A DNA stretch of 64,000 nt from the human T2T-CHM13v2.0 reference genome, Homo sapiens, in assembly GCF_009914755.1 (NCBI RefSeq), contig NC_060944.1; one strand, written 5' to 3'. This document shows, piece by piece, positions 61,829-64,000 of this stretch. The notes below the pieces were generated by a model. It saw nothing but the letters and a program-made list of their open reading frames with translations. It was not told where the DNA came from and searched no databases. Position 1 is the first letter of the stretch, and every line of letters begins with the position of its first letter. The translations under genes and the position numbers were made by a program.

Positions 61829-62026
61829 CAAGCTTGTCCAAACCAGGCCCAGGCCAGCTTTGAATTCAGCCCAACACAAATTCATAAACTTTCTTAAAAC
61901 GTGAGATAGTTTTACAATTTGTTTTAAGCTCATCAGCTATCATTACTGTCCGTGTCTTTTATGTGTGGCCCAAGATAATTCTTCTTCCAATGTGGACCAG
62001 GGAAGCCAAAAGATTAGACACCCTTG
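61829..62026 (-). mobile_element. MER30 (hAT-Charlie)
   Basis: caagcttgtccaa...gctcatcagctatc...agggaagccaaaagattagacacccttg. Confidence 0.85.
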
Positions 62027-62446
62027 CCTTAGGTCGCTTATCTTCATAGCCACATAATCAAACAAGCTCCTTTGTTTCCATTTTGCAGATGTGGAAAACA
62101 GGCTCAGAACTAAATGGCTCAAGATGACATACTGCTTGCTAGTCACAATACAGAGGTGACTTAAATACTATTTAACAGCACTAAAATTAGTGGCCCAATT
62201 CATAATCGTTTCTTCTAGAGCGGAGTTTCTCCCCTCTGTGGGAGAAACTTTTTTATTTTGCCCCTCTATGGAGGCTTTTAAGTTATTTTTCCCTAATAGC
62301 TCCCCACTTATAAAGTTCTAATATCACAAACATATTATATACATTTATCTCCTTTGGAAGGCCACAAACCACTGTACTATCAATAAAACGTTTTCATCCC
62401 ATTGGTGAAAATATCACTTGATTGAAAATGCATGTTCTATTTAACA

Positions 62447-62836
62447 CAGGCATTTTTAAACAGGGGGTCTATGAAATTAGATAAGAAAAAAATACTAATT
62501 TTCACTAAGCTGAACTAAAATTCAACCTTTCTTTCAATGATGAATATAAGCAACATACCACAGTGGTATTAATAGAACTTGTGACTTTGTCATCAGTGGA
62601 GACCACAGATATTTTCATATAGTGTTACAAGTTGTTATGACTTGGAAATTCTTGTTATCTGACAGGCTACTAGATCTTGTTATTTATTGTATTAATAAAG
62701 TAGCTGATATTACTAAGTTAAAAATGTTTTCATTTTTGATGACTGTATTTCAATGCAATTTATTTCCTTGGTCATCTATGTATTTTATACACTATGTTGA
62801 GAAGGGATCTATGGCACAAAAAAGGTTAAGCTCCCT
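62447..62836. mobile_element. hAT-Charlie relic (Charlie4/MER80-like)
   Basis: ...ttgagaagggatctatggcacaaaaaaggttaag terminus-like sequence. Confidence 0.55.
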
Positions 62837-64000
62837 CCCCTAGAAGGATCCAGCAGTTCCCAGAGTGATTTACAGCCTGAATACCAGCTTGCCTTTGCTG
62901 TATACACAAGCTTGCCTCTTCTGTAGCCTCCACCAGCAACATCCCACTTGACTCTTAAAACAGCAGCAGCTCTGTTTGCTTGTGCAGTAAAAAGTGCTTC
63001 TACATCCAGGCCACCACTGGTAAATACCGCAACTGTATTTGCCAAGGAGTAAGAAGATTCTGTTATGAACAATTGCTGGGCATGCTTAAGTTAACCAAAA
63101 AGGAAAAAAAAAAAGCAAAGTTCAGAGGGATTACACAGCAACTAGTTCTTCCATTTCTCCACCCCACCCCCACCCCGAATTTTAGGAATGTTATCTTGCA
63201 GCATCTAGTTATCCAATAAGTTGGAAGAATGCAGTAAACCCAGCAGGGGTCTTAGATTCAATCACTGCCAAATGGATAGAAAATACTCTTACTATTGTAT
63301 AGGAAGAAAGTTCATCTACTAGTGGCCAATCAAATTCTGGAGACACTGAAATGCTTAAAAAGTAAAACCTGTATATCTTGATAAAAGCATTATGACTCAA
63401 GCTTATCTTTTTTTCATTCCTACATTTAAAGAACGACAATGAGTAGATTATCTAAAGCACACAACATCTTCTACCCTCCCCCAACCCCAGGATAATTGCT
63501 TACCAAAAAACAAAAGGAAATTATGTGCCTTCTTAAGTATTTAACCAGTTGAAAGAAAACTGCCTCTTTAGCAGCTTAATTTTAGCAGTCAAAAAGCCTT
63601 CAACTCAATTCATAGAAGGCAGATAAGACTTTAAGTTTCCACCTAATTAAGATCTAAAAAAGGCAAAGTTTCAAACAGCCTTGAACCAAAATTCGGGGAT
63701 GCTGCTGGAGAGGAAAAAAAGAGTAAATGGCTCAAAGAAAGTTTCACAGGCGCTAAGGCGTGTGACTTCTGTTTGCTTCCAAGGTTAGGGAAGTGTCCCA
63801 CTCGTCCCCAACTAGAGATCAGGCAAGTTTGCAAACTCCATGAGGGCAGGGGTTTTTGTCGCCTGTCTCCAGAGCCCCCCTGAACAAATCCTGACACAGA
63901 CATACAATTTGTTGGGGCGGGGGTGGGGGGGGATTGTGGTGACTGGCGATGCAGTTCTTATCTGGATTTAGTGGCTTTTAAAAATGTTTAGACATTTTAA

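Overview
Human (primate) genomic DNA matching the ATP9A-SALL4 locus on chr20q13.2, with both genes on the minus strand. The right part holds SALL4 coding exons 2 (57808-55478), 3 (54597-54317) and 4 (50144-49725), a 3'UTR with two poly(A) signals, and part of intron 1. A CpG island at about 32.6-34.3 kb holds ATP9A exon 1 (ATG at 33817, donor at 33750), and everything left of it is ATP9A intron 1. The rest is very Alu-dense (roughly 90 or more copies/fragments by eye), with hAT/Tigger DNA transposons, solo LTRs and L1/L2/MIR relics. Most notable observations: (1) a 90-nt in-frame coding-like relic (ALDLT, IKKE) at the start of SALL4 intron 2; (2) a ~118-bp unique segment from ATP9A intron 1 copied into an Alu just upstream of the ATP9A promoter; (3) a tandem octamer cluster between the two genes; (4) a GC-drifted MER5A supplying promoter motifs next to a perfect antisense splice donor; (5) several fold-back palindromes; (6) a let-7 8mer found only in the long SALL4 3'UTR. 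Repeat family names and reference-protein comparisons come from memory, not database searches.
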